Positions 28,934-38,345 of a stretch of DNA of 64,000 nt are shown in pieces (position 1 is the stretch's first letter; each line of letters begins with the position of its first letter). Position numbers and translations under genes: made by a program. The DNA comes from a virus (lineage: Duplodnaviria > Caudoviricetes): the IMG/VR virus record IMGVR_UViG_3300005546_000002, positions 1-64,000 of that record. One strand, written 5' to 3'. Below the pieces are notes generated by a model. It searched no databases and was not told where the DNA came from. It saw only the letters and a program-made list of their open reading frames with translations.

Positions 28934-30430
28934 CTACCCGAGCGAGTTTAGTTTCGTAGCCAACGCCGAGATATACTTAGCGGCCCGCTCGTTAGACAGC
29001 GACTCCGGCGTAATCCCATCTTCGGGGAATTGCTCGAACAGATGATCGTACAGGTCTTTGTCGGTTTGTCCCTTGCTCTTCAACTTGGCTCTTAGCTGCT
29101 CTACGGTCATCCGTTTAGCCTTCTCACATTTCCACCCGCTGTCGTCCTTCTCTTCTTCCTTCGCTCCCGGAGCGCCAGTATCGTTATCCTTCTTGACCTT
29201 GTTTAACCACGCCTGATGCTTGACAGTTCCGCCACAATCCTCTCGTTTCTTTTTGCATCCAAAGAACGCATCATACTGCTTTTGCTCATCGTTGCGACCG
29301 GGGATAAACTTCATCTCACCACCGCACTTCGGGCACTTCGGATACTGACTAACCGGAATACCGGCGTCCTTAGTCGTTACGTCTGCGCCAGCAGGAGTCC
29401 GGTCGTAGCCGCGTCCCTTGTTGCACTTCTCGACATTCAGGCCGCATCGAATCAGTTCCTCAACAGGGACATTACCGAGCCCGGACAGCGTTCTCAGCGC
29501 CGTACCATCCAGATTCGCCCGCGCCGCCTTGCGAATATAGTATTCCAATCGAGCGCCCTTAGCTCCGTTGTTTTTGAAGAACGGATCATCGGAAGACCGA
29601 ATACCTTCCAGCGCCTCCTGGTCTTCTCCGGTGAACCCGCATTTCGCGTCCCCGGATATAACGTAAGCAAAGCTCCCGTCATCCGCAACGATCTTCTCGA
29701 ACTTGCTCAGGTTGAATACCGTAATCCCCCATAGTTTCGCAATGCGCTCGCATCCCGAATCTTGAAGGTAAGCCATCTCCTGTCCGGTGTCCCGGTTCTG
29801 AAAGAGAAGCCAGTCGGTCGGGAACGTTTGCTGAATTGAGGCCATACGTAGCTGACTAAGCAAGCTGATTCGCGTGGCAAGGATCGCTTGGGCTTGCTCC
29901 GGGATCATCGACAGGCCGTCAACGCTTCCGCCCAGTCGCGGGCTCCGCAATGCCATTCGCTGATCCGCGCTCAGTCCTATTTCTCCGTCAACTCTTTCCG
30001 GCTCCGCTGGTTTTGCAGGAATAGAAAACTCCGCGTCTGTTACATCTTCAGCCTCTGCTGCCGCCTGGGCGGTCTTAAACGGATTCATCGGAGCAGCCGG
30101 ATCAAGGATACCCGACCACGGCGCAAGTGCTTGCCCTAACGGAATCTGAGTATGCCCGTTCTCTCCCTCTTCATAGCAGTTCCCGTCTTCGTCTAGCAAC
30201 AGATACTCATGTCTCGGGTCTTCGAAAAGAAAGAGCGGCTTGCCCTCGGAATCGTTAAAGGCTTTCAAAAAGACGAACTGCGTTAGCAACACCGGGTCTT
30301 TAACGACCTCCGCTAGTACGTCAGTTATCGGATCAAAACTGCCAGCTTCCGTAGCCGCAGCGGACTCAAACAGCGGGCTAACCGATTCTTCGACTTTCTC
30401 TTCTGGTTTTTGTTTTGTGGTTTTAGCCAT
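28934..30430 (-). CDS. Putative recombination/annealing protein with topoisomerase-type zinc ribbon
   Basis: CPKCGGEM...FFGC......C; position at the head of the nuclease/SbcC block (function inferred). Confidence 0.5.
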   Translation of the reverse strand: MAKTTKQKPEEKVEESVSPLFESAAATEAGSFDPITDVLAEVVKDPVLLTQFVFLKAFNDSEGKPLFLFEDPRHEYLLLDEDGNCYEEGENGHTQIPLGQALAPWSGILDPAAPMNPFKTAQAAAEAEDVTDAEFSIPAKPAEPERVDGEIGLSADQRMALRSPRLGGSVDGLSMIPEQAQAILATRISLLSQLRMASIQQTFPTDWLLFQNRDTGQEMAYLQDSGCERIAKLWGITVFNLSKFEKIVADDGSFAYVISGDAKCGFTGEDQEALEGIRSSDDPFFKNNGAKGARLEYYIRKAARANLDGTALRTLSGLGNVPVEELIRCGLNVEKCNKGRGYDRTPAGADVTTKDAGIPVSQYPKCPKCGGEMKFIPGRNDEQKQYDAFFGCKKKREDCGGTVKHQAWLNKVKKDNDTGAPGAKEEEKDDSGWKCEKAKRMTVEQLRAKLKSKGQTDKDLYDHLFEQFPEDGITPESLSNERAAKYISALATKLNSLG

Positions 30431-30475
30431 AAAGTCACGTCAACGTGATTCTCCCTTTCGTCAAAGTCTATAGGT

Positions 30476-30515
30476 ATTATACCCGATAACCCTTTCATTT
30501 GTCAAGAGTTATTTT
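30476..30515 (-). promoter_or_regulatory. Sigma70-type promoter
   Basis: AAAATAACTC-TTGACA (30500-30505), 18 bp, TATAAT (30476-30481). Confidence 0.75.
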
Positions 30516-31085
30516 CCCAGCAGCGAGCCGGAGCTTTCCCCAAGCGGCGATCAAAGCTGCGTCGGGTAATCCCGTGTGATTAACGATACTCCGAGCTGTA
30601 GCCGTCCATTCGACTCCCGGCCATAGCCTATTGCAGATAATCAGCGCCTTATCCTTGCTGTCGATATCGGCGTCCTTCGGTAATCCTTGGAACATAACTG
30701 CCTGCCAAGACCGCGCCGCTACCGGCGTGTAATCGATCTTGAGCCCGACAAGAATACCCCGGATCAGCCCGTGGTTAATACTTGTCGTCTGAGTAGCTAT
30801 CACGCTCTGCCCCGGCCTAGACTGTACCGTCTCGATAAACACATGCGCAGGACGGTAGCTTTCGAAGAAACTCCTGATAGCCGGTTCGTTCAAGTAGGTA
30901 CGAAATCCAAAACCCTTCTTTCCCCTTCTCGCTTTTACTCGAACGCGAACTACAGGCATGACCAGCTTAATCGGAGTCGATTCTCCGAGCAGTACGATAC
31001 CGCCGTTCAGCCCGTTATCGACCCCTCCTATCAGTCCTTCAACCACAACAGGAGCCGCTTTGAATAGTTCGCTCTGTTCAGCCAT
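30495..31085 (-). CDS. RuvC-like Holliday junction resolvase
   Basis: GGVDNGLNGGI, VFIETV, V....WQ, PDAALIA (acidic RNase H-fold residues). Confidence 0.82.
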   Translation of the reverse strand: MAEQSELFKAAPVVVEGLIGGVDNGLNGGIVLLGESTPIKLVMPVVRVRVKARRGKKGFGFRTYLNEPAIRSFFESYRPAHVFIETVQSRPGQSVIATQTTSINHGLIRGILVGLKIDYTPVAARSWQAVMFQGLPKDADIDSKDKALIICNRLWPGVEWTATARSIVNHTGLPDAALIAAWGKLRLAAGKITLDK

Positions 31086-31530
31086 CGCGTTCCCCAAAGT
31101 AGACGTTCGTTAACTGGCGATCACCGGAGGCAACGAACCACTTACCACCATTCTCGTACAACGTCAAATCCTCAACCTTACCAAACTGATTCGATAGCCC
31201 AACCATATCTACGATCATCGCATGGCTCTTCTCTGAATGCGCTCTAACGGCCCTTCCGACCTGTTGATAGTAGACCGCCAGCGACATCGAAGGACGGGCT
31301 AGAACAACGTTCGCCAGTTCCGGGTAATCAAATCCAATACTATTACCTACGACGGCAACCTTTCCGTTTCTGCGTATAATAACATACCCAGTGCTAGACG
31401 TTACGCACCAAACTCTTTCTGATTGCCAGACTAATTCAAGCTGAAATCTTTCTCGTAATAGAAGCTTCTTGGTTGCTTTCCTCCAAGCAAAACTATACTG
31501 CTGTAACCAGCGAGGCTGCCTTGAAGCCAT
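31078..31530 (-). CDS. Intein C-terminal fragment (aa 1-63) fused to SF2 helicase C-terminal portion
   Basis: VWCVTSSTGYVIIRRNGKVAVVGN/S intein end; then SIGFDYP...VLARPSMS..YYQQVGRAVR (helicase motifs V-VI); own SD AAGGGA and ATG. Confidence 0.8.
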   Translation of the reverse strand: MASRQPRWLQQYSFAWRKATKKLLLRERFQLELVWQSERVWCVTSSTGYVIIRRNGKVAVVGNSIGFDYPELANVVLARPSMSLAVYYQQVGRAVRAHSEKSHAMIVDMVGLSNQFGKVEDLTLYENGGKWFVASGDRQLTNVYFGERDG

Positions 31531-31537
31531 GTTTCCC

Positions 31538-32911
31538 TTACTCCCCTTCCGGCGCGTCGTTCATAAACAACGAGCGGTCGTCTTCCAAGTTCTCAAACCG
31601 ATCTTCGGATTTGATATAGACCAAACCGAATTGCCCCGGAGGTCCGTTGCGCTGTTTGGCAACAAACGCCTTTGTGATATTCTCTTCGCCTCTCTTTGGT
31701 TTCCTGTCTCGCCAGAGGAAAACAACTACGTCCGCATGCCTCTCAACATCCGCCGATTCTGCCAAGTCCGGTAATCGAGGACGCTGGTCGCTCGAAGAAC
31801 GAGTCTCCGGCGCTCTACTTAGCTGATGCAATAGCACCATTGAGATATCAAGTTCGCGCGCAAGCTCTTTTAACTGCCAAGCGTTCTCTCCTATAGCATC
31901 GCGCTTATCAGTAAAACCAGAAGGGAATCGAAACAGCGTAAGATAGTCAGCGAACGCTACATCTAACCCGTATTTCATTTTATGCCGACGACACATTGCT
32001 CGGAATTCAGCTACACCAATCCCCGGCTTGTCGCACATCGCGTAACGCATGCCCCACTGATCGAACGAGCGAAGCGCTCCGTAAACCGCCCCTTGATCGT
32101 ACTGACCACTTCGCATCCGAAACGTATCAACCGGCCCTTCTTTTCCAAGATTTTTAGCGGCCAATCGCTTCCCCGGAGCCTCGCCACACCATATTATCAG
32201 ATTCTCCTTCCCGCGCTTCGCGATATTATGCGCCATATTAGTCATCAAAGTTGTTTTTCCTATAGAGACGCGAGCAGCAATCACAGTCAATTCTTGCCGT
32301 TGCAATCCCAACGTGCGCCCGTCGAACCCGTAGTAACCCGTTGCTATTCCGGTGATCCGATCTCCGCTGTCCCGCGCAAGATTCGCCTCATATATTGCTT
32401 CTTCTGCGTAATGCAAGAGCGGCTTGGGCTCCGCTAGATCGGGCTCCGTCATCGCCAAGCTGCTCATCCTTGCCTCTGCCTTACTTCCCAACTCAGGATC
32501 GTCCGGGTCTTCAAAGTTCTCAGCTATAATCTGGTTCGCCGCCGTAATCCTCTTCCGGGCCTGCGACCGCCGCTTGATTACCTTACAATACGGCTCAATA
32601 AAATCCGTGGCCGGAACTCCGTCTATTAACTTAGAGATGTACGTCGCACCGCCAATTTGCTCAAACTCCCCGCGCTTACGCAACTCGTCCTCAAGCGACG
32701 TTAACTCAATAGGAATCCCATGCTCGAATAACCATATCGACGCGTCGTAAATCCGGCGATGAGAGTCAAGAAAGAAGTCGTCTCGCGCAAGCAGCGCCTT
32801 AGCCTCTTCGCAGACCTCGTTTCGAAGCAACAGCGCTCCTAGTACCGCCCGCTCCATATCAGGCGCAGCGGGCAAACCTTTGTCAAAAAAGGGATCATCG
32901 CTATGCGCCAT
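31538..32911 (-). CDS. dnaB: Replicative DNA helicase DnaB
   Basis: ERAVLGALL N-domain, ITGIATGY, IAARVSIGKT, DYL, LKELAREL, QLSR, RPRLPDLAESADVERHAD, KQRNGP. Confidence 0.95.
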   Translation of the reverse strand: MAHSDDPFFDKGLPAAPDMERAVLGALLLRNEVCEEAKALLARDDFFLDSHRRIYDASIWLFEHGIPIELTSLEDELRKRGEFEQIGGATYISKLIDGVPATDFIEPYCKVIKRRSQARKRITAANQIIAENFEDPDDPELGSKAEARMSSLAMTEPDLAEPKPLLHYAEEAIYEANLARDSGDRITGIATGYYGFDGRTLGLQRQELTVIAARVSIGKTTLMTNMAHNIAKRGKENLIIWCGEAPGKRLAAKNLGKEGPVDTFRMRSGQYDQGAVYGALRSFDQWGMRYAMCDKPGIGVAEFRAMCRRHKMKYGLDVAFADYLTLFRFPSGFTDKRDAIGENAWQLKELARELDISMVLLHQLSRAPETRSSSDQRPRLPDLAESADVERHADVVVFLWRDRKPKRGEENITKAFVAKQRNGPPGQFGLVYIKSEDRFENLEDDRSLFMNDAPEGE

Positions 32912-33509
32912 TATTCCGCCCTCTTATCTCAGAGAAGATATCCGAATATTGCTCAGCCCCTTCATTTCCGGTGCTCAGGCTTTGCCTCTCTCTCTTTGCT
33001 CTCCGCGCCGTTTCCATAAATCGTTCCACGTGGGCCGCGTCCCTACAGATCAGCTCTATATCGTCTTGGTGGTTATTCTGCGCCCAAGGATCAAGCGAGG
33101 CTCCGAGGCTCGCCAGCTTCAGGTCTTCTACTGACCGTCCCGCTCGTATCAACTGCCTGCCAATCGCGTTCGCTCGCTTCTTATCCAACTGAGCGCCCGG
33201 ATGCTTGCAGACATCCTTCCAGTATTCAAATACCTCTTTGATATCCGAAGACCCGTTGCTGGAAGCTCGTGACTCAAGAGCGTCCAGGTCAACCTTCAAG
33301 AGCGGGTCGTGAAATAGATTATCAGCGACAGGAGTCACGTTGACGCGACTTTCGAACAGAGGAAGGAGCGCCGTTGCTATGTCTTCTTGTTTGACCTGAA
33401 ACTTCTGAATACAGTCGCAGCAAGCCCCGGAGAAGAAGCAATCTAACTGCGCTTCTGATTCCACGTCCCATTGACGACGACAGATAACGCAGGTAAAGAC
33501 GTGGTTCAT
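32901..33509 (-). CDS. Putative replication initiator/helicase-loader-type protein
   Basis: IKEVFEYWK...LDKKR...I helical domain typical of phage replication proteins; directly upstream of dnaB. Confidence 0.5.
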   Translation of the reverse strand: MNHVFTCVICRRQWDVESEAQLDCFFSGACCDCIQKFQVKQEDIATALLPLFESRVNVTPVADNLFHDPLLKVDLDALESRASSNGSSDIKEVFEYWKDVCKHPGAQLDKKRANAIGRQLIRAGRSVEDLKLASLGASLDPWAQNNHQDDIELICRDAAHVERFMETARRAKRERQSLSTGNEGAEQYSDIFSEIRGRNNGA

Positions 33510-33784
33510 TTCTTTGGTCCGAAGTCTTTTTCTGAGTAAGTATCTGGCGCGTCGAGTGGTATTCCCAAGATGCGCCGCACTTCCGGGGTGTCGGTGAACG
33601 CAAACTTCGGCGGGCAAATTGAACGGCTAATTAGATTAGCCTGTAGTACGCCCTCTGCTTCGTCGCTTCGGTCAGTCACCTGCATCCACATGCGTTCCCG
33701 TGTGATGCGAATACCTCTCGGTCCTATCGCTGGCTCGATCTTTGTTCCATCATAATCTTTATCGACCATCGGTTTCTCCAAAAT

Positions 33785-34000
33785 CAAAAAGACTCGAAAG
33801 CGCTTTCTTCGGGCGTGCTAGCACGGCGTTTGACGACGATAGGGAGATTACCGACTTGTAGTGGGAACCAAGGCAGGTAACTCTCCGTGCATCGCGACGC
33901 CCGAAGAAAACAATTTCAAGTCTCTTCCCACTCAAGCTCTTTTGGGCTCCCTTCCCCGTTTCAAACGAATCACGCTGAGTCGTCAAGTCTAAACGTGATG
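33785..34000 (-). ncRNA. Highly structured RNA leader/attenuator candidate upstream of the replication genes
   Basis: Perfect 13-bp IR 33804-33816/33897-33909 with nested stems, two possible pseudoknot pairings and a U tract at the 3' end; promoter-like TTGACT (34031-34036) and TAGAAT (34007-34012). Confidence 0.6.
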
Positions 34001-34538
34001 GAAAAGATTCTACTCTGAAACAACAAGTAAAGTCAAGTCAAGGATGAATTCCTTGGCTCCATTGACGCCGCAATTCGTCTTCATGATCTCCGGTTTCATG
34101 TTCGGCCCGGATACAGCGGGTCTGAGAAATGCTTAGAGCGTTACACAGCTTAATGCCATACACGCTCTCAGAGAATCTCCGAAACGATTCGAGCGAGCAT
34201 TCCCAGCGTCCTATAGGCAAGCCGGTTTGCGTGTCGATTACGTTATCTACCGGCGCTCGAAAGACCTGCTTGGACTGAACGTAATAAACCAGCCCGTCTT
34301 TTTCCGTGATCACGCCGTACACCGGCCCGCTGCTCATGCAACCTCCAACCGAACCGGAGTTATCCGAGTATGGAGCGGAAAGGACTCGGCATGCGCCCGA
34401 ACAGCCTTCTCGCCCTCGTGAAACGAACTACGGTCGCCTTCGCATTGCTCACAGTGAACCGCATTCGCTTCCGATTGTTTGCATTCAACGAAGATTGCTT
34501 TGCTCATATCTTTCTCCCTTTCTTTGTCGTCAAGAGAG

Positions 34539-34578
34539 AGTATAGCCGAACCCAGTTAGGATGTCAAGAATTATTTTT
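34539..34578 (-). promoter_or_regulatory. Sigma70-type promoter
   Basis: AAAATAATTC-TTGACA (34562-34567), 17 bp, TATACT (34539-34544); perfect palindrome copy at 34583. Confidence 0.78.
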
Positions 34579-34817
34579 CACCGTCACGTTAACGTGACTT
34601 TCCCGCGACTGTGGGGATTAGAAGAGGTTAGGCGGTTCGAGTTTTGCAAGTCTTGTTCAGAGATATGCAGGAAGCCTTTGGGAAGGCAGCCCGAACCGCC
34701 TTTGGATTATGCTCTTGACCGGACGCATGATCCGACCTGAAAATTATACCTGACTCGCCGTCCGAACGCAAGGTAATTTTTAGGCTTGACCTAACCCGCT
34801 TACTCGGGTATAGTTAC

Positions 34818-35200
34818 CGCCGTTCAGAGGTATCGTGGGAAGAATCAACAAACAACCACATAGCAACGAACCACGGCGAACGGCGTAGCGCCTATCGGTA
34901 CCCGTGCGGTCTCTTTTCAATCTGCGCGCCCCTCAGTTACTCGCGCAACGTGCGTTGGCTAGAGCTTGCGCCAATAAACTCAGATGCAGCCGCGAAATCG
35001 AATAATAGCGGGAAACACGGATATGCCACCGCGCTGCTGTTGCGTAGCGGTCTGAGCCTGCTTCATCGAAGCGCACGATAAACATTCGGGCCGGTCGCAA
35101 TCGGGCTCCGCGATCAAGCCGTATCGGTGACAAGGCGAACGTCAAAACCGGGCCGACAGAACTCGGGTTGTTACGGTAGAGCTACTGGCTAGCTCTCCGT
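34818..35200 (+). ncRNA. Structured ncRNA candidate of about 380 nt
   Basis: TTGACC-17-TATAGT promoter (34786-34814), multiple nested stems, terminal hairpin 35173-35200, no convincing ORF. Confidence 0.5.
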
Positions 35201-35248
35201 CTGCCAAGCCTCTTGAATCTGGGTTGCTACCCTGATAAGCTCTCGCGA

Positions 35249-35698
35249 ATGGAAGCCTACCGAATATGGAACGGATCGGACGGAGCCGCTACAACCGAAT
35301 TCTATAACCGACTCAAGCAACGCGGTCCAGCCGGAGAAATAGCCGTCGCCCTCTTCCGGGCGAATAAGAACTCCGCTCGGGCTAAGGTCTACCGGGGCGG
35401 AATCCGGGGCAAGGGCTCCTATAGGAGTATGGCCTACGAGCGCAAGGACTGGTCCTTAGAGCAACTTTGTATAGCCCTTGAGCAACACTCTGGGATTCTA
35501 GGTATCATCTGGGGATGGAGCTTAGATACGTCTCAGCCGATCCATAATCAGGTTCTCTATCTTGATATCCCGGATATCGGACAAGTCAGCTTCCATACAA
35601 AGACCCGGCTGCGCGGGCCTGAGTATCCCGGACGGTGGGACGGAACTCGATTGAGCACCGAACGTATTTGTCGGCTTTGTGAAATCACGTTGACGTGA
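35249..35698 (+). CDS. Hypothetical phage protein
   Basis: GQVSFH...YPGRWDG motif; stop codon supplied by the repeat at 35684. Confidence 0.65.
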   Translation: MEAYRIWNGSDGAATTEFYNRLKQRGPAGEIAVALFRANKNSARAKVYRGGIRGKGSYRSMAYERKDWSLEQLCIALEQHSGILGIIWGWSLDTSQPIHNQVLYLDIPDIGQVSFHTKTRLRGPEYPGRWDGTRLSTERICRLCEITLT

Positions 35699-35954
35699 CT
35701 TTCTTCGCTCCAATCTTTTCCTTGTAGATAAACTCCACGCATGGCGGACCCGTTCTGTAGACCACCCGGTCCTTCTTCTCGTTCAGGTATCGCACCTTCT
35801 TACCCGTTCGTTCGATCTTACCCTGTCGCGCTAGGGCGGCAAGGTAACGTCCGATATTGTACTGAGAAATGCCAGTAGCCGCTACAACGTCTATCACTGT
35901 GCAGCCCGAGCCGAACTCTTTCACCGCCTGTAGCACTCGTTTAATCTCCGACAT
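35685..35954 (-). CDS. Winged-helix DNA-binding protein
   Basis: TVIDVVAATGIS...IGRYLAALARQGKIER; SD AGGAG. Confidence 0.75.
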   Translation of the reverse strand: MSEIKRVLQAVKEFGSGCTVIDVVAATGISQYNIGRYLAALARQGKIERTGKKVRYLNEKKDRVVYRTGPPCVEFIYKEKIGAKKVTST

Positions 35955-35964
35955 AATCTCTCCT

Positions 35965-35999
35965 AAAGAAAAAGGCCCGGACTCCGCTGAGCCCGAGCC
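35965..35999 (-). terminator. Intrinsic terminator
   Basis: GGCTCGGGCTC-AGCG-GAGTCCGGGCC followed by TTTTTCTTT. Confidence 0.8.
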
Positions 36000-36027
36000 G
36001 CGAACATCAGTCTGTTTTTGTTAGGAC

Positions 36028-37605
36028 TCAGCTCTTTTTGGCCTTCTTGCCTTTCTTGGAGCCTTTCTTTGCGTTCTTTGCTGCCCCGCCGCCTTTGGTC
36101 GGCTTCGGGTGAGCCACGATACCGCGCTCCGCGTTGTCTTCCTGCTCCGACTTGTCCGCCTTTTCGAGCAACGCCTGTGCTTCCTGTTCCAGAACAGCCG
36201 CTCTCTCAAGGTCTTCCGGCGTGTTGCCCTCGCGCAGCACATTCGCCGAACGAAGTTTGTTTGCCGCCTGCGCTCTCCATTCCTTGCGATCTTCCTTGTT
36301 CTTGTCGTACTTCTTCTTGTTCGTCTGAGCCAGTTCGGCCTTCCACGCATTCACGTCCTCGCGAATCGACTTTGCCGACGCCCCCTCGTGAATCGCCTTC
36401 TGGAACTGTTCGCGATCCTCCGCCGAGATACCCTCTAGCACCGTCTCGATGTCCGCGAGGCGCTTTTCATTGTCGCGCAGTGTCTTACCCGCTGCTCGAA
36501 TCTCAGCCTTGATATCCGACAGTTTCTTCGGGGTCTCGCCGTCCAGCATCGCCAAGAACTTATTGCGATCTTCCGGCTTGACGATCTTCTGAGTGTTGAG
36601 AGCCTCCTGCACTGCCGTTCGATTGCCCTCTTTCTTCAAGAAAGCGTCGGCCTCTGCCTTTACATCCTTGATCGACACGCCAGAAGCGACTTTCTCTCGG
36701 AACCGATCTCGATGATCTTCGGGAATGGTCTCAAGCAGCTTATCCAACGCATCCGCCGCCGCCTGAACCTCTTTGTACTTCTTGACCGCACCCTTGATCC
36801 CGGCTATCGGGACGCCCTGAGCGAACAATTCCGCAAACTGCGCTTGATCCGCTGGCGGAACATCGCCCATCAGCGTCTTGAACGCATCTTTCCGCTCGCG
36901 CTCCGCCTTCTGCGCAGCATACTTCGGCTGCGTGTAGCACTTCAGAGCCTCATCGAATTGAGCGACGGCTTCTTTCTTCGCAGCGGGCACATAATCCTTG
37001 ATCGCCTCTTTCGGCTCCGGGGCTCGGAACGAAAAAGAAAAGTGAAACGCGGGCTGCTTTTCTTCCGGCACGCCCGGCGCAGCGGCCTCGCCTGTCTTTG
37101 CAATCTCAGACAGATACGTTTTCTTTGCCGTCTTGAATTCGGCGACGGTCAGCGGTCTGCGCTCGCCGTTTGTCCCAATCGTACCCTCTGCAGCCATCGC
37201 GAGCAACGCTGCCTGATCTTTCGGCTGATCCTTCAGGTTCGCTACCTCGTAATGGATGTCAAAGGCGATTTCGGGATTCCAAAGGTCTTTCGGAACGTTG
37301 TCCACGACATACAGGACGTTCTTCAACCGCTGGAACTTCATCCCGAAAATGTCGTAGACCTGAGAAGCCATCTCACCGACTTTTAGCTCCGAAGCCCGGA
37401 CGAACGTCCCGATCACGAACGGACGGGACTTGTCAATGAACTCGTACCCCTTTGCGATCCGTTCGCCTTCCTGTTTCACCAAATCCGGGGTAAGCTCGAC
37501 ACCTTCGTCAAACTCATACCCCTTATCGGTGATGCTCCCAAACTGCAATCTGTATTCGCTCGGTGCCAGCGCGTGCGAGCCCCGAGTCGTTATAGCCTGC
37601 GTCAT
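36028..37605 (-). CDS. Large DNA-binding protein candidate: LmbU-like HTH region, four helical repeats, Lys-rich tail
   Basis: FVIG...G....Q.....G...QRLKN..YV...VP...IAFDIHYEVA.L pattern; repeats of about 46-50 aa; KKGSKKGKKAKKS end. Confidence 0.6.
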   Translation of the reverse strand: MTQAITTRGSHALAPSEYRLQFGSITDKGYEFDEGVELTPDLVKQEGERIAKGYEFIDKSRPFVIGTFVRASELKVGEMASQVYDIFGMKFQRLKNVLYVVDNVPKDLWNPEIAFDIHYEVANLKDQPKDQAALLAMAAEGTIGTNGERRPLTVAEFKTAKKTYLSEIAKTGEAAAPGVPEEKQPAFHFSFSFRAPEPKEAIKDYVPAAKKEAVAQFDEALKCYTQPKYAAQKAERERKDAFKTLMGDVPPADQAQFAELFAQGVPIAGIKGAVKKYKEVQAAADALDKLLETIPEDHRDRFREKVASGVSIKDVKAEADAFLKKEGNRTAVQEALNTQKIVKPEDRNKFLAMLDGETPKKLSDIKAEIRAAGKTLRDNEKRLADIETVLEGISAEDREQFQKAIHEGASAKSIREDVNAWKAELAQTNKKKYDKNKEDRKEWRAQAANKLRSANVLREGNTPEDLERAAVLEQEAQALLEKADKSEQEDNAERGIVAHPKPTKGGGAAKNAKKGSKKGKKAKKS

Positions 37606-37635
37606 GAGTAATCTCCCTATCTTCCAGCAATCACG

Positions 37636-38061
37636 TCAACGTGACTCTGTACTTTTCGATCCGTATCTTAATCGGGTCATCAATCGAACTCCGTCAAGAT
37701 GCGGGCATTGTTGTTTGATGGAGAACTTCGGACACTGACAACTGCTTAGGTCCTCTGGAATCTCGTACCATTCTCCACCCGATCCCAGAACCCGCCAACC
37801 GTTTTCCGTCTTCTCCGTGCGAAGCAACCGCACGAGAATCCCTAGCGGGCTCTCTGTTTTCAAATACTCGCATAAGGTTTTGTAATTCGCTTCCTCTGAT
37901 GCGGCCAACCGATGTTGTCGCTCTGCGTCTTTTGTATTATCGACCTTGATCTTATGTTTTGATTCGTTCTCTAAAAATTCGGCCAGCAACAAGTCAAGCA
38001 ATCCCCGCTGGCGCTCCGAGTGTTTTACAAGCTGCTGGATTCTGTTTTCGACCTTGCTCAT
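37636..38061 (-). CDS. SWIM zinc-finger protein
   Basis: CQCP.......CPH. Confidence 0.7.
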   Translation of the reverse strand: MSKVENRIQQLVKHSERQRGLLDLLLAEFLENESKHKIKVDNTKDAERQHRLAASEEANYKTLCEYLKTESPLGILVRLLRTEKTENGWRVLGSGGEWYEIPEDLSSCQCPKFSIKQQCPHLDGVRLMTRLRYGSKSTESR

Positions 38062-38306
38062 CTAACCCTCTTCTTCTTACGCGGTAGGTCCTTTGGAGCA
38101 ATTCTGTCGAACTCTCTCAGCGCCGACTCTCGTAGCGGCTCGGAGAGTCGGGCGGCTCCCAGCGCTCGGTCAAACTTTCCTCGGAGCAGGCTGAGATGTA
38201 TCCGGCTTGAAGCCCTGCGAGCCTGACTTAACAACGACCGAACGTTATGACTTGTAGTTGTAAGCATTTAGCTTTCCTTCTCCCCTTTTGTCGTTCAACA
38301 GAACCG

Positions 38307-38345
38307 AGTATCGTTGATTTCAATTTTAATGTCAAGAATTATTTT
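38307..38345 (-). promoter_or_regulatory. Sigma70-type promoter
   Basis: AAAATAATTC-TTGACA (38330-38335), 17 bp, GATACT (38307-38312); palindrome abuts at 38346. Confidence 0.78.

Noticed and set aside
34995-35040. Cobalamin riboswitch suggested by GGGAA...GCCAC
   Set aside because: Spacing and flanking conserved boxes do not match; left as an unclassified structured RNA
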